Shown here piece by piece: positions 53,618 to 64,000 of a DNA stretch of 64,000 nt (positions are counted from its first letter, which is position 1; each line of letters opens with the position of its first letter). The stretch is taken from contig CAVVOB010000021.1 in NCBI GenBank assembly GCA_963749655.1, positions 32,001 to 96,000 on the forward strand, written 5' to 3'. Source of the DNA: Nitrospirota bacterium (GTDB lineage Bacteria; Nitrospirota; UBA9217). The translations under genes were made by a program, and so were the position numbers. Under the pieces are notes generated by a model, which saw only the letters and a program-made list of their open reading frames with translations, ran no database searches and was not told the DNA's origin.

Positions 53618-54814
53618 TTAGCGGTCGCACTCGCCAAGCACGATGTCGATGGTACCGATGCACGCAATGACGTCGGCAACCATATGGCCGGTCACCATCT
53701 TCGGAAGCGCGCTGACATGCACATACGAGGGTGCGCGAATCTTGATGCGGTAAGGTCTTCCACTCCCGTCGCTGACGATATAGAAGCCAAGCTCGCCCTT
53801 CGGCGCTTCCGTAGCCACATACACCTCGCCCTTGGGCATGGGAACCCACTTGCTCATGAGCACGAACTGGTGTGCAAGCGACTGCATGCTCTGCATGACC
53901 TGCGTTTTCTCGGGTATGGCGTAACGCGGATCGCTGGTCGTGACGGGACCGGGCTGAATCATGTCGAGACACTGCCGGATTATCCGGTTGCTCTGGCGCA
54001 TCTCATTGATGCGCACGATGTACCGGTCGTACACGTCGCCGTTCTTGCCGAGCGGCACCTCGAAATCCATCTTGTCGTAGGCGGCGTAGGGCTCGACCTT
54101 GCGAAGGTCGTAGTTAACGCCCGAACCGCGCAGCGTACCGCCGGTCAGGCCGTAATTGACTGCATCCTCGGCCGTCATCACGCCGATCCCCACGGTCCGC
54201 TTAAGCCAGATGCGGTTCTGGCGAATGAGGGTATCGTAGTCTTCGAGGCGCTTGGGGAACAATTCGGTGAACTCACGGCACTTGTCGATGAAGTCCCGGG
54301 GGATATCGTTTCTTACGCCGCCGATCCGGACGTAGCTCACTGTCTGCCGCGCGCCGGTCACCATCTCCGTGAGATCGAGTATGAGCTCCCGCTCCCGCAA
54401 GGTATACATGCAGACCGTCATGGCGCCGATATCGAGGGCATGGGTGCCGAGCCACACGAGATGCCCGGAAAGCCGCGTCAGTTCCGCCATCAGCGTCCTG
54501 ATGAATTGAGCCCGCTCAGGAACCTCGATGGCGGCGAGTTTTTCGACCGCCACAACGTAGCCGAGGTTGTTGTTCATGCAGGTAATGTATTCCAGGCGGT
54601 CGGTCATGGGGATGATCTGGTGGTAGGTCCTGCTCTCCATCCATTTCTCGATGCCGCGATGGAGGTATCCCGGACGCGGATCGCAGCCGACCACGGTCTC
54701 GCCCTGCAGATCAACCACCAGGCGCAGCACGCCGTGCGTGGCCGGATGCTGAGGCCCCATGTTCAGGGTTATTTCTTTTTGCACGATCTCTTTTTGCGTA
54801 TCGGTAGGAGACAT
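53618..54814 (-). CDS. nuoD: NADH-quinone oxidoreductase subunit D
   Basis: NMGPQHPATHGVLR, GYLHRGIEK, GTIDIVLGECDR; no NiFe CxxC pairs. Confidence 0.96.
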   Translation of the reverse strand: MSPTDTQKEIVQKEITLNMGPQHPATHGVLRLVVDLQGETVVGCDPRPGYLHRGIEKWMESRTYHQIIPMTDRLEYITCMNNNLGYVVAVEKLAAIEVPERAQFIRTLMAELTRLSGHLVWLGTHALDIGAMTVCMYTLRERELILDLTEMVTGARQTVSYVRIGGVRNDIPRDFIDKCREFTELFPKRLEDYDTLIRQNRIWLKRTVGIGVMTAEDAVNYGLTGGTLRGSGVNYDLRKVEPYAAYDKMDFEVPLGKNGDVYDRYIVRINEMRQSNRIIRQCLDMIQPGPVTTSDPRYAIPEKTQVMQSMQSLAHQFVLMSKWVPMPKGEVYVATEAPKGELGFYIVSDGSGRPYRIKIRAPSYVHVSALPKMVTGHMVADVIACIGTIDIVLGECDR

Positions 54815-54868
54815 AGATTCACCATTGGGTCAGGGTCCGGGTCCAGCGTCCGGGCCTCAAGTTATTTA

Positions 54869-55339
54869 TCAATAGCCTTTCAGCGGATATTCCTTCCTGA
54901 GCGGGTGTCCTTCCCAATCCTCGGGCAGCAGGATCCTGCGGAGGTCCGGATGGCCGTCGAACAGGACCCCCATGAGATCATAGGTCTCCCGCTCATGCCA
55001 GTCGGCCGTGTGCCATACCGAAGAGACCGTTGCGATCCGCGGATCATCTTCCGGCACCCGTACCTTCAGCCGGATCCGGTGATGATGAACCGTTGATATC
55101 ATATTGTACACGACCTCGAAGCGGGGACCCGAGTCTCCGGGGTACTTCGAATAGTCAACAGCCGTAAGATCGGCCAGATGGTCCATCTTCAGGGAAGGTT
55201 CGTCTCTCAGGAACAGGCATATCTCCCTGATCATGTCCCTTTTGACCGACACGGCGACCTGCCCCGCGTAGTTCGCCGTACCCAGCACGTGGCCGGCAAA
55301 TTTTTCTTCTATAATTTTTGCGATTTGTAGGGGGTCCAT
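54869..55339 (-). CDS. nuoC: NADH-quinone oxidoreductase subunit C
   Basis: ERETYDLMG, HPDLRRILLP, GHPLRKEYP. Confidence 0.95.
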   Translation of the reverse strand: MDPLQIAKIIEEKFAGHVLGTANYAGQVAVSVKRDMIREICLFLRDEPSLKMDHLADLTAVDYSKYPGDSGPRFEVVYNMISTVHHHRIRLKVRVPEDDPRIATVSSVWHTADWHERETYDLMGVLFDGHPDLRRILLPEDWEGHPLRKEYPLKGY

Positions 55340-55428
55340 GCTACCTCGTCCTTGCCCGCGCAGCCTGAACACTCTGAGTGCGCGATTCTCGCTTCGAACA
55401 TCGGTACATTAATGTTTGAGGTGGTTTG

Positions 55429-55908
55429 CTACTTCCGGATGTAGTGCTCTTTCTTGATCTTTTCCTGAAGCTGCATGATGCCGTTCATCAGGGCCTCGGG
55501 CCGCGGCGGACAGCCCGGGATGTAGACGTCAACGGGAACGATATTGTCCACACCCTGCACTACGCTGTAAGTGTTGAAGATCCCGCCGGATCCGGCGCAG
55601 CTGCCCATGGCGATAACGTACCGCGGCTCGGGCATCTGGTCATACACGCGCCTTACGATAGGCGCCATCTTTTTCGTCAGCGTGCCAGCGACGAGCAATA
55701 GGTCGGATTGTCTGGGCGAGGGACGCGGCACGGTGCCGAAACGGTCAAAGTCATGTTGCGGAGCGGAATAATACTGGATCATCTCGATAGCGCAGCAGGC
55801 GAGCCCGAACGTCATGGGCCAGATGGAATAGGACCGCGCGAGGTTCAAGAGTTCGTCGAGTTTCGTGGTGACGTATCCTTCCTCGAATACGTTCTGAATT
55901 ACTCCCAT
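55429..55908 (-). CDS. nuoB: NADH-quinone oxidoreductase subunit B
   Basis: [23 protein letters not shown]. Confidence 0.96.
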   Translation of the reverse strand: MGVIQNVFEEGYVTTKLDELLNLARSYSIWPMTFGLACCAIEMIQYYSAPQHDFDRFGTVPRPSPRQSDLLLVAGTLTKKMAPIVRRVYDQMPEPRYVIAMGSCAGSGGIFNTYSVVQGVDNIVPVDVYIPGCPPRPEALMNGIMQLQEKIKKEHYIRK

Positions 55909-56273
55909 TCAAGTGCCCCTTTCTTCCATGCGTAGACATACCCCACAACCAGAATGGCGATGAAGACGACCATCTCTACGAAGCCATAGAGGCCGATATG
56001 GTTGTACGCAACAGCCCAGGGGTAGAGAAACACGGCTTCAATATCGAAGATGAGGAACAGCATTGCGATGATGTAATAGCGGATGGAAAACTTCTGATGG
56101 GCGTCCGTGAAGGGGGTTATGCCGGACTCGTAGGTGATAAGCTTTTCGGGATAGGGGTTCCGCGGCCGGAGAATCCGGCTGGCAACCAGCATCCCAACGC
56201 CTACCGCGATGCCTACCAGGAGAAATACCACAACTGGCAGGAAGTGTTCCGGAAGATAGGTACTTGGTGTCAT
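55899..56273 (-). CDS. nuoA: NADH-quinone oxidoreductase subunit A
   Basis: [22 protein letters not shown]. Confidence 0.95.
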   Translation of the reverse strand: MTPSTYLPEHFLPVVVFLLVGIAVGVGMLVASRILRPRNPYPEKLITYESGITPFTDAHQKFSIRYYIIAMLFLIFDIEAVFLYPWAVAYNHIGLYGFVEMVVFIAILVVGYVYAWKKGALEWE

Positions 56274-56329
56274 ACACTACTCCCTGTTAATATTAAATTT
56301 TAAATTAGCATAACTTCTAAAACGCGTGC

Positions 56330-56358
56330 ATAATAAGACAACTCAAAACGTTTGTCAA
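56330..56358 (-). promoter_or_regulatory. nuo operon sigma70 promoter
   Basis: TTGACA-17 nt-TATTAT. Confidence 0.65.
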
Positions 56359-56465
56359 GAAAAACATTGTAACAGGACCTATTCGGTTTTGTATGGCGGG
56401 GTTATGAAACTGCGATATCCTGCAATCTGCAGCCTCTCTTGTTTTCAGCTCCATGATGCAGTACA

Positions 56466-57129
56466 ATGGACTGCATAATTTCGGAGGACTTTGTGGACCC
56501 TTACGCCAAGGAACAGCTCCTTTCGTTCTACAACTTTCATCTTCGGAAATTCGGCGATCGTCCCGAGGCGCTGCGATGGACGCCGCAGGGACAGTTGAGA
56601 CGGTATCAGATGCTGATGGATATCGCGCCGGTGTCGGAACTGAACAACAGCACCGTGCTGGATTACGGATGCGGAACCGGCGATTTTTACCGATTCCTGA
56701 AGCGACGGGGCATCAAAGTAAAATACACCGGCATCGACATCAACGAGAACTTCATCGGCCTCGCGAAACAGAAATACCCCGAGTGTACCTTCAGCGTCAT
56801 GAATGCAGATGCAGATGATGATGAGCTCGAGGGTTACTTCGATTACATATTCATCTGCGGCGTCTTCAACCTGGAGGTCCCCGGCGTCGACGACGACATG
56901 AAGAATGCACTAGTCACGTCTCTTCCAGCACTGCAACAAAGGCCTTGCCCTCAACGCCCTGTCATCTCATGCCCCCTTGCGGGACCCCGAACTTCACCTG
57001 ACATCTCCGGAAGACATGCTCAAGTTCGCGATCGAAAACCTGTCGCCTTCCGTTGCGCTCCGCCACGATCGGATTCCGAACGACTTTACGCTGTACATCT
57101 ATACCTCGCACAACGAGATCGACTTGTAG
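56466..57129 (+). CDS. Class I SAM-dependent methyltransferase (frameshift near 56920)
   Basis: VLDYGCGTGD, YTGIDIN; C-terminus KGLALNALS...LRHD...DFTLYIY in another frame. Confidence 0.82.
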
Positions 57130-57416
57130 CCGTCATCGCCCGGTACTATCCTGTATTGCCTTTATTGCCTTCTTTAACGGGATTAGGGTCATCTAACCTC
57201 TTTCCTCTGCATCTCCCCTCGCCCGCATCTTTTGCATTCGAACGAAGGCATGATGACCGTGCCGCGCGCCTCAACGCCTGATACTTTATGACGAAGCCGT
57301 GCAAACCAACACCAAAACACTCCCGTATTAACCGGTCTGTGGTATAGTTCTAATATCAGCCCTGAAAGTCGTCCCGCCTCCGGTTCGATCGTGTGGCTGA
57401 ACGCGGAGAAAATATT

Positions 57417-58979
57417 ATGCTAAGCCCCCGCCGTATGATCATAAAGAGCGTCGTCGTGACCGCGACAGGTGTGCTCCTGACCGCCTGCGTCGTGGGCCCT
57501 GACTTTCGAAAACCTTCCCCGCCCGACGTGAAAGCGTACACATCCCGGGAGCTACCCCAAAATACGGAATCAGCGGCCGGCCCGACCGGCGCTGCCCAGC
57601 ATTTTGTGACAGGACTGGATATCCCGGCTCAGTGGTGGCAGCTTTTTCAATCCCCGTCTTTGGACCAGGCCATCCGCCAGGCGCTCGCGGACAATCCGAA
57701 CCTTGCCGCAGCGCAGGCAACGCTGAGACAGGCGCAGGAAAACGTGAACGCAGCGGTCGGCTCGGCGCTCTTTCCGGCCGTGGATGCCAATGCTTCGACT
57801 ACGCGCCAGAAGATATCGGGCGCCTCTTTCGGGCAGCCTGACACCCATTTTCCACCGTTTACGCTCTACAATGCATCGGTAAGCGTCACCTATGCCCTGG
57901 ACTTCTTTGGCGGAGCTCGGCGCGAACTTGAAGCGCTTCGGTCACAAGTGGACTATCAGTGTTTTCAGTTCGAAGGCGCCTACCTGACGATCGCTTCGAA
58001 CATAGTCACCAACGCTGTAAAGGAAGCATCCCTTCGCGCCCAGATAGCAGCAACAAAGGAAATCATAGCCGCAGAAGAAAAACAGCTCGACCTCGTCGAG
58101 CGGCAGTTTCAACTGGGGGCAGCGTCACGGCCTGACACCCTGGCGCAGCGGACGCAGCTTGCACAGACGCGGGCTACCCTGCCGCCGCTCGAAAAGGCAC
58201 TCGATCAGAACCGCCATCAGCTGTCCGTCCTTGTCGGAAAGCTGCCGGGCGACGCCGCAACATTCCCGACGTTCGACTTTGATGCCCTGAAGCTGCCGCA
58301 GGATATCCCGGTCAGCCTGCCCTCGGACCTGGTCCGGCAGCGGCCGGACATACGCGCTGCTGAATCGCTCCTGCACGCCGCAAACGCCCAGGTCGGCGTT
58401 GCCACGGCCAATCTCTACCCCCAGATCAAGTTGAGCGGCAGCTTCGGATCGGAGTCGCTCACAACAGGACGCCTTTTTACCGGAGGATCCTCTGTCTGGA
58501 GCGCTTCGGGAGGGCTGACTCAGCCGCTCTTTCACGGCGGTGAACTGACTGCCCAGCGCCGCGCTGCTATCGCCGCCTACGATCAGGCGCTGGCCCAATA
58601 TCGCGCCGCCGTTCTGCAGGCGTTTCAAAATGTCGCAGACGTCCTGCGCGCCCTCGATGCCGATGCGGCTGCACTCAAGGCTGAGTCAGAGGCAGAAGCG
58701 GCAGCCCGTGACAGCCTCGAACTGTCGAAGAAGCAGTTTCAGCTCGGCGCCGTAAATTATCTCTCGCTGCTAAATGCGCAGCGCGGATATCAGGAAGCGA
58801 GGATCGGCACCGTACAGGCGCAGGCACTTCGCCTGGCCGATACGGCGGCCCTGTTCCAGGCGCTCGGTGGCGGCTGGTGGAACGAGGAACGCTCCGGGAG
58901 CAAGGCGGTCTCCGCTGAAAAGATAGCGGGAAAAGACAGCGGTGACGTGAGGGAGAAGTCGACAGGAGATATACCATGA
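57417..58979 (+). CDS. NodT/OprM-family efflux outer membrane lipoprotein
   Basis: LLTAC lipobox, WWQLF, RQRPDIRAAE, ALGGGWW. Confidence 0.93.
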   Translation: MLSPRRMIIKSVVVTATGVLLTACVVGPDFRKPSPPDVKAYTSRELPQNTESAAGPTGAAQHFVTGLDIPAQWWQLFQSPSLDQAIRQALADNPNLAAAQATLRQAQENVNAAVGSALFPAVDANASTTRQKISGASFGQPDTHFPPFTLYNASVSVTYALDFFGGARRELEALRSQVDYQCFQFEGAYLTIASNIVTNAVKEASLRAQIAATKEIIAAEEKQLDLVERQFQLGAASRPDTLAQRTQLAQTRATLPPLEKALDQNRHQLSVLVGKLPGDAATFPTFDFDALKLPQDIPVSLPSDLVRQRPDIRAAESLLHAANAQVGVATANLYPQIKLSGSFGSESLTTGRLFTGGSSVWSASGGLTQPLFHGGELTAQRRAAIAAYDQALAQYRAAVLQAFQNVADVLRALDADAAALKAESEAEAAARDSLELSKKQFQLGAVNYLSLLNAQRGYQEARIGTVQAQALRLADTAALFQALGGGWWNEERSGSKAVSAEKIAGKDSGDVREKSTGDIP

Positions 58980-60126
58980 TAAATATCAAGGACTCATTCA
59001 TGAACAAACGAATGCTGACCATGCTCGCCATTGTCGGGGTCCTGTTCGGCGGCGTCTTCGGCTTCAAGGTGGTCCAGGCGAGGATGATGCAGAAATATAT
59101 GACGTTCCAGATGCCCCCGGCAGTGGTGACGGCGATCAAGTCTGAGGTGCACCCCTGGCAGCCGCAGCTCAAGGCTGTCGGAAGCCTTCGTGCCGTGCGC
59201 GGAGTCGACGTGACGAGCGAGATCGCAGGCCTCGTCCGGGAGCTTGATTTCAGGTCCGGAGAGGCGGTCACGGCGGGACAGGTGCTGGTCCAGCTGAACG
59301 CCGACGCGGATATAGCCCAGCTCCATGCGCTCCAGGCGGCGGCTGACCTGGCGAAAACAACCTTTGAGCGCGACAAAAAGCAATTTGAGGTGCAGGCGGT
59401 CAGCCAGGCAACGCTCGACGCCGAGGCAGCCGACCTGAGGAGCAAACACGCCCAGGTCGCGCAGCAGCAGGCGTTGGTCGACAAGAAGACCATCAGGGCG
59501 CCCTTCAGCGGCCGTCTCGGCATCAGCACGGTCAATCCCGGCCAGTATGTGAATCCGGGCGACAAGATCGTGACCCTGCAGGAGCTCAATTCGCTCTATG
59601 TGGACTTCTATCTTCCCGAGCAGGAACTTTCGCGCATTGCTGCGGGACAGCCTGTTGTCGTCAGGACCGATACCTATGGGGGCCGCACCTTCAGCGGCAA
59701 GATCACGGTCATCAATCCCAAGGTCGATGCCGACACGAGAAATGTCCAGGTCGAGGCCACGATCACCAATCCCCGGCGCGAACTGCTGCCGGGCATGTAT
59801 GCGACGGTCGAGGTGCAGGCCGGTACAGCGCAGCAGTACCTCACCGTGCCGCAGACCGCCGTCACGTACAACCCCTATGGCAATACGGTCTTCATCGTGC
59901 TGATAAAGGAAAAGGCCCCGACGGCAAACCGCTTCTCGAAGTCCAGCAGACCTTCGTTACGGTCGGACCTCGGCGCGGCGATCAGGTAGCGATTCTGACC
60001 GGCGTGCAGGAAGGCGACCTGGTGGTCACGAGCGGGCAGCTGAAGCTGAGGAACGGCAGTGCCGTGGTGATCAACAACGCGGTCCAGCCCTCGAACGAGG
60101 CCGCGCCGAAGACGGAAGACCAGTAG
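58976..60126 (+). CDS. RND membrane fusion protein (MexH/MexV-like), frameshift near 59905
   Basis: IRAPFSGRLGI, LLPGMYA, VPQTAVTYNPYG; C-terminus VVTSGQLKLRNG in another frame. Confidence 0.9.
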
Positions 60127-60130
60127 CGGC

Positions 60131-60195
60131 AGTTTTTGAGTTTGTCAGTTATGAGTTTTTAGTTGGATAACTCAAAACTAAAAACTTAGAACTCG
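60131..60195. repeat. Inverted heptamer array (TTGAGTT / AACTCAA)
   Basis: ttttgagtt...tgagtttttagtt gga taactcaaaactaaaaacttagaactc. Confidence 0.7.
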
Positions 60196-60208
60196 ATACG
60201 AGGTACTT

Positions 60209-63200
60209 ATGCATTTCACCGATCTCTTCATAAAACGACCCGTGCTCGCCACGGTGGTGAGCCTGTTGATCCTGGTCCTGGGACTCCGCTCGATCGGGCT
60301 CCTGCCGGTCCGCCAGTATCCGCTGACCCAGAATGCGGTGGTGACGGTCCAGACCGTTTACTACGGCGCCGATCCCGGCCTGGTGGCGGGATTCATCACG
60401 ACGCCGCTCGAAAACTCCATTGCCCAGGCAAACGGCATCGATTATCTCACCTCATCGAGCAGGCAGAGCGTCAGCACCATCCAGGCGACCCTGCGCCTGA
60501 ACTATGATTCGAACAAGGCCCTGACCGAGATCAACACCCGGGTCAATGCCGTGCTGAACCAGCTGCCGCGGGACACGCAGCAGCCGGTCATCACCGTGGC
60601 CATCGGCGAGACCATCGATTCCATGTACATCGGGTTTTCGAGCAAGGTCCTGCCCACGAACAAGATCACCGACTATCTGATCCGGGTCGTGCAGCCGAAG
60701 CTGCAGGCCGTGGACGGCGTGCAGACGGCCGAGATCCTCGGCAAGCGCCAGTTCGCGCTTCGGGCCTGGCTCGACCCGGTGAAGATGGCGGCCTTCGGCG
60801 TGACCGCCACGGACGTGAGCAACGCCCTGGCCTCGAATGACTTCATCTCGGCGCTCGGCCGCACCCAGGGACAGATGGTGACCGTCGACCTGATCGCGGA
60901 CACCAGCCTGCATTCGGTCGAGGAGTTCCGGAACCTCGTGATCAAGTCGAAGAACGGCGCCCTCGTCCGCCTGGGCGATGTGGCCAAGGTGACGCTCGGC
61001 GCGGAGGACTACGACACGGCGGTCACCTTCGACGGCCAGAGCGCGGTCTACATCGGCATCAAGGTCGCGCCCACGGCCAACCTCCTGACGGTGATCGACG
61101 GCGTGCGCAAGGTCTTTCCCGTCGATCGCGGAGCAGCTGCCCGAAGGCCTGGACGGCCGCATCGTCTACGACGCCACGAAGTACGTGAACAGTTCGATCC
61201 GCGAGGTGGTCAGGACGCTGGTCGAGGCGCTCCTGATCGTGACCGTCGTGATCTTCCTGTTCCTCGGCACGGTGCGTTCGGTGATCATCCCGACGATCGC
61301 CATGCCGCTGTCGCTGATCGGCGCCTTCTTCATCATGCTGGTGCTCGGCTACACGATCAACCTGCTGACCCTGCTCGCGCTGGTGCTGGCCATCGGGCTC
61401 GTGGTCGACGACGCGATCATCGTGGTGGAGAACGTCCACCGCCACATTGAAGACGGCATGAAGCCCCTGCCGGCGGCGCTCCAGGGGGCGCGCGAGCTTG
61501 CCGGTCCGATCATCGCCATCTCGGTGGTCCTCATTGCGGTCTATATCCCCATCGGATTCATGGGCGGGCTGACCGGCGCCCTGTTTACGGAGTTCGCCTA
61601 CACGCTGGCCGGCGCCGTTGCCGTGTCGGCTGTCATCGCGCTCACGCTGTCGCCCATGATGGCCTCGCGCTTTCTGAAGCCCTACAACCATGACGGACAG
61701 GGTCGTTTCGCCGCCTTCATCGACCGCCAGTTCGCCGGTCTGCGCCGCGGCTACGAGCGGCTGCTGCACGGCTCGCTCAACACGCTGGCGGTGACGGGCG
61801 TGTTCGCCGCGCTCATTTTCGCGAGCATCTATTTCCTCTACGCGACCTCGAAGAGCGAACTTGCGCCGCAGGAGGACCAGGGCATCATCATCGCCCTGAC
61901 CACGGCCGCTCCCGACGCCACGCTGGAGCAGACGCAGCTCTCGACCCGGCAGGTGTTCGATGTCTTCACCTCGTTTCCGGAGACGGACCATGTGTTCCAG
62001 TTCGCCGGCGCGAGCGCGCTGAACATCGCCTTCGGCGGCATGGTGTTCAAACCCTGGGACGAACGGAAGCGCACGTCGATGGAGCTGCAGCCCCAGGTGC
62101 AGATGAAGCTGGGCCAGATCGCCGGTTCACGGTCGGCCGCGTTCCTGCCGTCGCCGCTGCCGGGCAGCAGCGGACTGCCGGTGCAGTTCGTGATCGGCAC
62201 GACGGAATCCTTCGAGCGCCTGAACGAGGTGTCCCAGGCGCTCCTGGCAAAGGCCTACGCCAGCGGCGTCTTCGCGTTCCTCGATACGGACCTCAAGATC
62301 GACAAGCCGCAGGTCACCGTGGATATCGACCGTGACAAGACGGCCCAGCTCGGCCTCACCATGCGCGACGTGGGCGGCGCGCTGGGGTCCATGCTGGGCG
62401 GCGGCTATGTCAACTACTTCAGCCTCGCCGGCCGCTCCTACAAGGTCATCCCGCAGGTGATGCAGCGCGACCGCCTGAACGCGGAGCAGCTCGGTAACTA
62501 TTACATCACCACGCCGAACGGCTCGTCGGTCCCGCTCTCGACGATCATCCGCCTTAAGACGGACGTCGTGCCTGAATCGCTGAACCATTTCCAGCAGCTC
62601 AATTCGGCGACGATCTCGGGCGTGTTGATGCCGGGGGTCACCCTGGGCCAGGCACTGGAGACACTCAAGGGTCTTGCTCGGGAAATCCTGCCCCAAGGCT
62701 ACAGCGTCGATTATGCGGGCCAGTCGCGGCAGTACGTGCAGGAGTCGAGCGCTTTGTTGATCACGTTCGTCTTCTCACTGATCATCATCTTCCTGGCGCT
62801 TGCCGCCCTGTTCGAAAGCTTCCGCGATCCTTTCATTGTGCTCGTCAGCGTGCCCATGTCGATCTGCGGGGCCATGATCTTCATCAGCCTGGGCGTGGGC
62901 GGGGCGAGCCTCAACATCTATACGGAGGTGGGCCTCGTGACTCTGATCGGCCTGATCAGCAAGCACGGCATCCTGATCGTGCAGTTCGCCAATGACCTGC
63001 AGCGCGAGGGCAAGGGCAAGCGCGAGGCAGTGGAAACGGCCGCCGCGATCCGGCTCCGGCCCATCCTGATGACGACTGCGGCCATGGTCCTGGGAGTGCT
63101 TCCGCTCGTGACTGCGTCGGGTGCGGGCGCCGCGGGCAGGTTCAACATGGGCCTGGTGATCATGACCGGCATCGCTATCGGCACGCTGTTCACCCTCTTC

Positions 63201-63299
63201 GTGGTCCCGGCAATGTATCTGTTCCTCGCCGCGGAGCACCGGCAGGAGGGCCAAGCCCGTGAAACAGCTGGGGGAATGCCGCAGGCCGCTCATTCGTAA
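60209..63299 (+). CDS. RND permease (MexI/MexW-like), frameshift near 61120
   Basis: FIKRPVLA, GLVVDDAIIVVEN, GLISKHGILIV, RLRPILMTT. Confidence 0.93.
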
Positions 63300-63470
63300 C
63301 GCCGACAAACCGGAACCAAAAAACTTGGGCCGCAATAACCCGCACTGTTCGCAGGACGGCAAATACCTTTAAGATCTCAGGTCGGGATCTATGCATTCTC
63401 CGCATTCATCGCGTTCTGCGGAAGATGGTAGACATTGTTATGAAGATTTCGGGCCACCCGGAGGGCGGCA

Positions 63471-64000
63471 ATGAACAAGCGGAACCTTGGAAAAGCCGGT
63501 TTGAAAGTAAGCGCGCTCGCGCTGGGAACCAATGTCTTCGGCTGGACGGTCGATGAACCGACGGCATTTGCGATCCTGGACGCCTTTGTAGATGCGGGCG
63601 GCAGCCTGATCGACACTGCAGATACCTATTCCCGGTGGGCTCCGGGCAACAGGGGCGGAGAATCGGAGACCATTATCGGAAAATGGCTCAAAAAAAGCGG
63701 AAAGAGGAGCAAGGTCGTCATCGCCACGAAGGTCGGGAGCGAGATGGGCCCGGACAAAAAGGGGCTTTCCCGGGGCCATATTCTCCGGGAGGTGGAGGCG
63801 TCGCTCCAACGGCTGCAGACCGATTATATTGATCTGTACCAGTCCCACAAGGATGATCCGAATACGCCGATCGAGGAAACACTCGGCGCATATGCGGAGT
63901 TGATTGCCGAGGAGAAAATCCGCGCGATCGGCGCGTCGAACTTCAGCGCCGAGCGGCTTGCCAGGGCGCTGGAGATCAGCGACAAAGCGAATTTGCCGCG
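63471..64000 (+). CDS. Aldo/keto reductase (runs off the window end)
   Basis: MNKRNLGKAGLKVSALALGTNVFGW, IDTADTY, ATKVG, LQTDYIDLYQSH, IGASNF. Confidence 0.92.
   Translation, partial: MNKRNLGKAGLKVSALALGTNVFGWTVDEPTAFAILDAFVDAGGSLIDTADTYSRWAPGNRGGESETIIGKWLKKSGKRSKVVIATKVGSEMGPDKKGLSRGHILREVEASLQRLQTDYIDLYQSHKDDPNTPIEETLGAYAELIAEEKIRAIGASNFSAERLARALEISDKANLP

Noticed and set aside
53618-55908. nuoB/C/D as a group 4 NiFe hydrogenase
   Set aside because: NuoD lacks both CxxC metal-binding pairs and NuoB has the complex I CC motif

Overview
GC-rich bacterial chromosome segment, probably from an anaerobic or microaerobic Nitrospirota/Desulfobacterota-like organism (inferred from gene content only). 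Most of it is housekeeping and energy metabolism: class V aminotransferase, ttcA, two class II (B12) ribonucleotide reductases (one with tandem NrdR boxes, one co-oriented with rpiB-gnd-tal-zwf-pgl), scpA/scpB, a Cus-type and a Mex-type RND pump, galE, pal-cpoB and a complete nuoA-N operon. Many genes are broken by single-base indels (dense at 11.8-20.8 kb), most likely long-read assembly errors. Highlights not visible in the ORF track: (1) an unannotated peptide gene with a strong RBS directly upstream of a radical SAM/SPASM maturase, carrying in-frame UGA codon(s) and SECIS-like hairpins, i.e. a candidate selenocysteine RiPP system; (2) an exported DUF1573-like protein whose S-C-G-C motif is S-UGA-G-C with a well-placed SECIS hairpin; (3) a complex I operon whose NADH module is a HydB/C/D electron-bifurcating type, with the DRTGG/CBS-kinase/PHP/HATPase regulatory cassette of [FeFe]-hydrogenase operons inserted between nuoD and nuoE; (4) a 6S-like 178-nt rod RNA; (5) a desulforedoxin-like domain fused to a histone-H1-like tail; (6) a HEAT-repeat gene between scpA and scpB; (7) many intergenic heptamer tandem repeats arranged as inverted pairs. 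All calls were made by eye, with no database searches.
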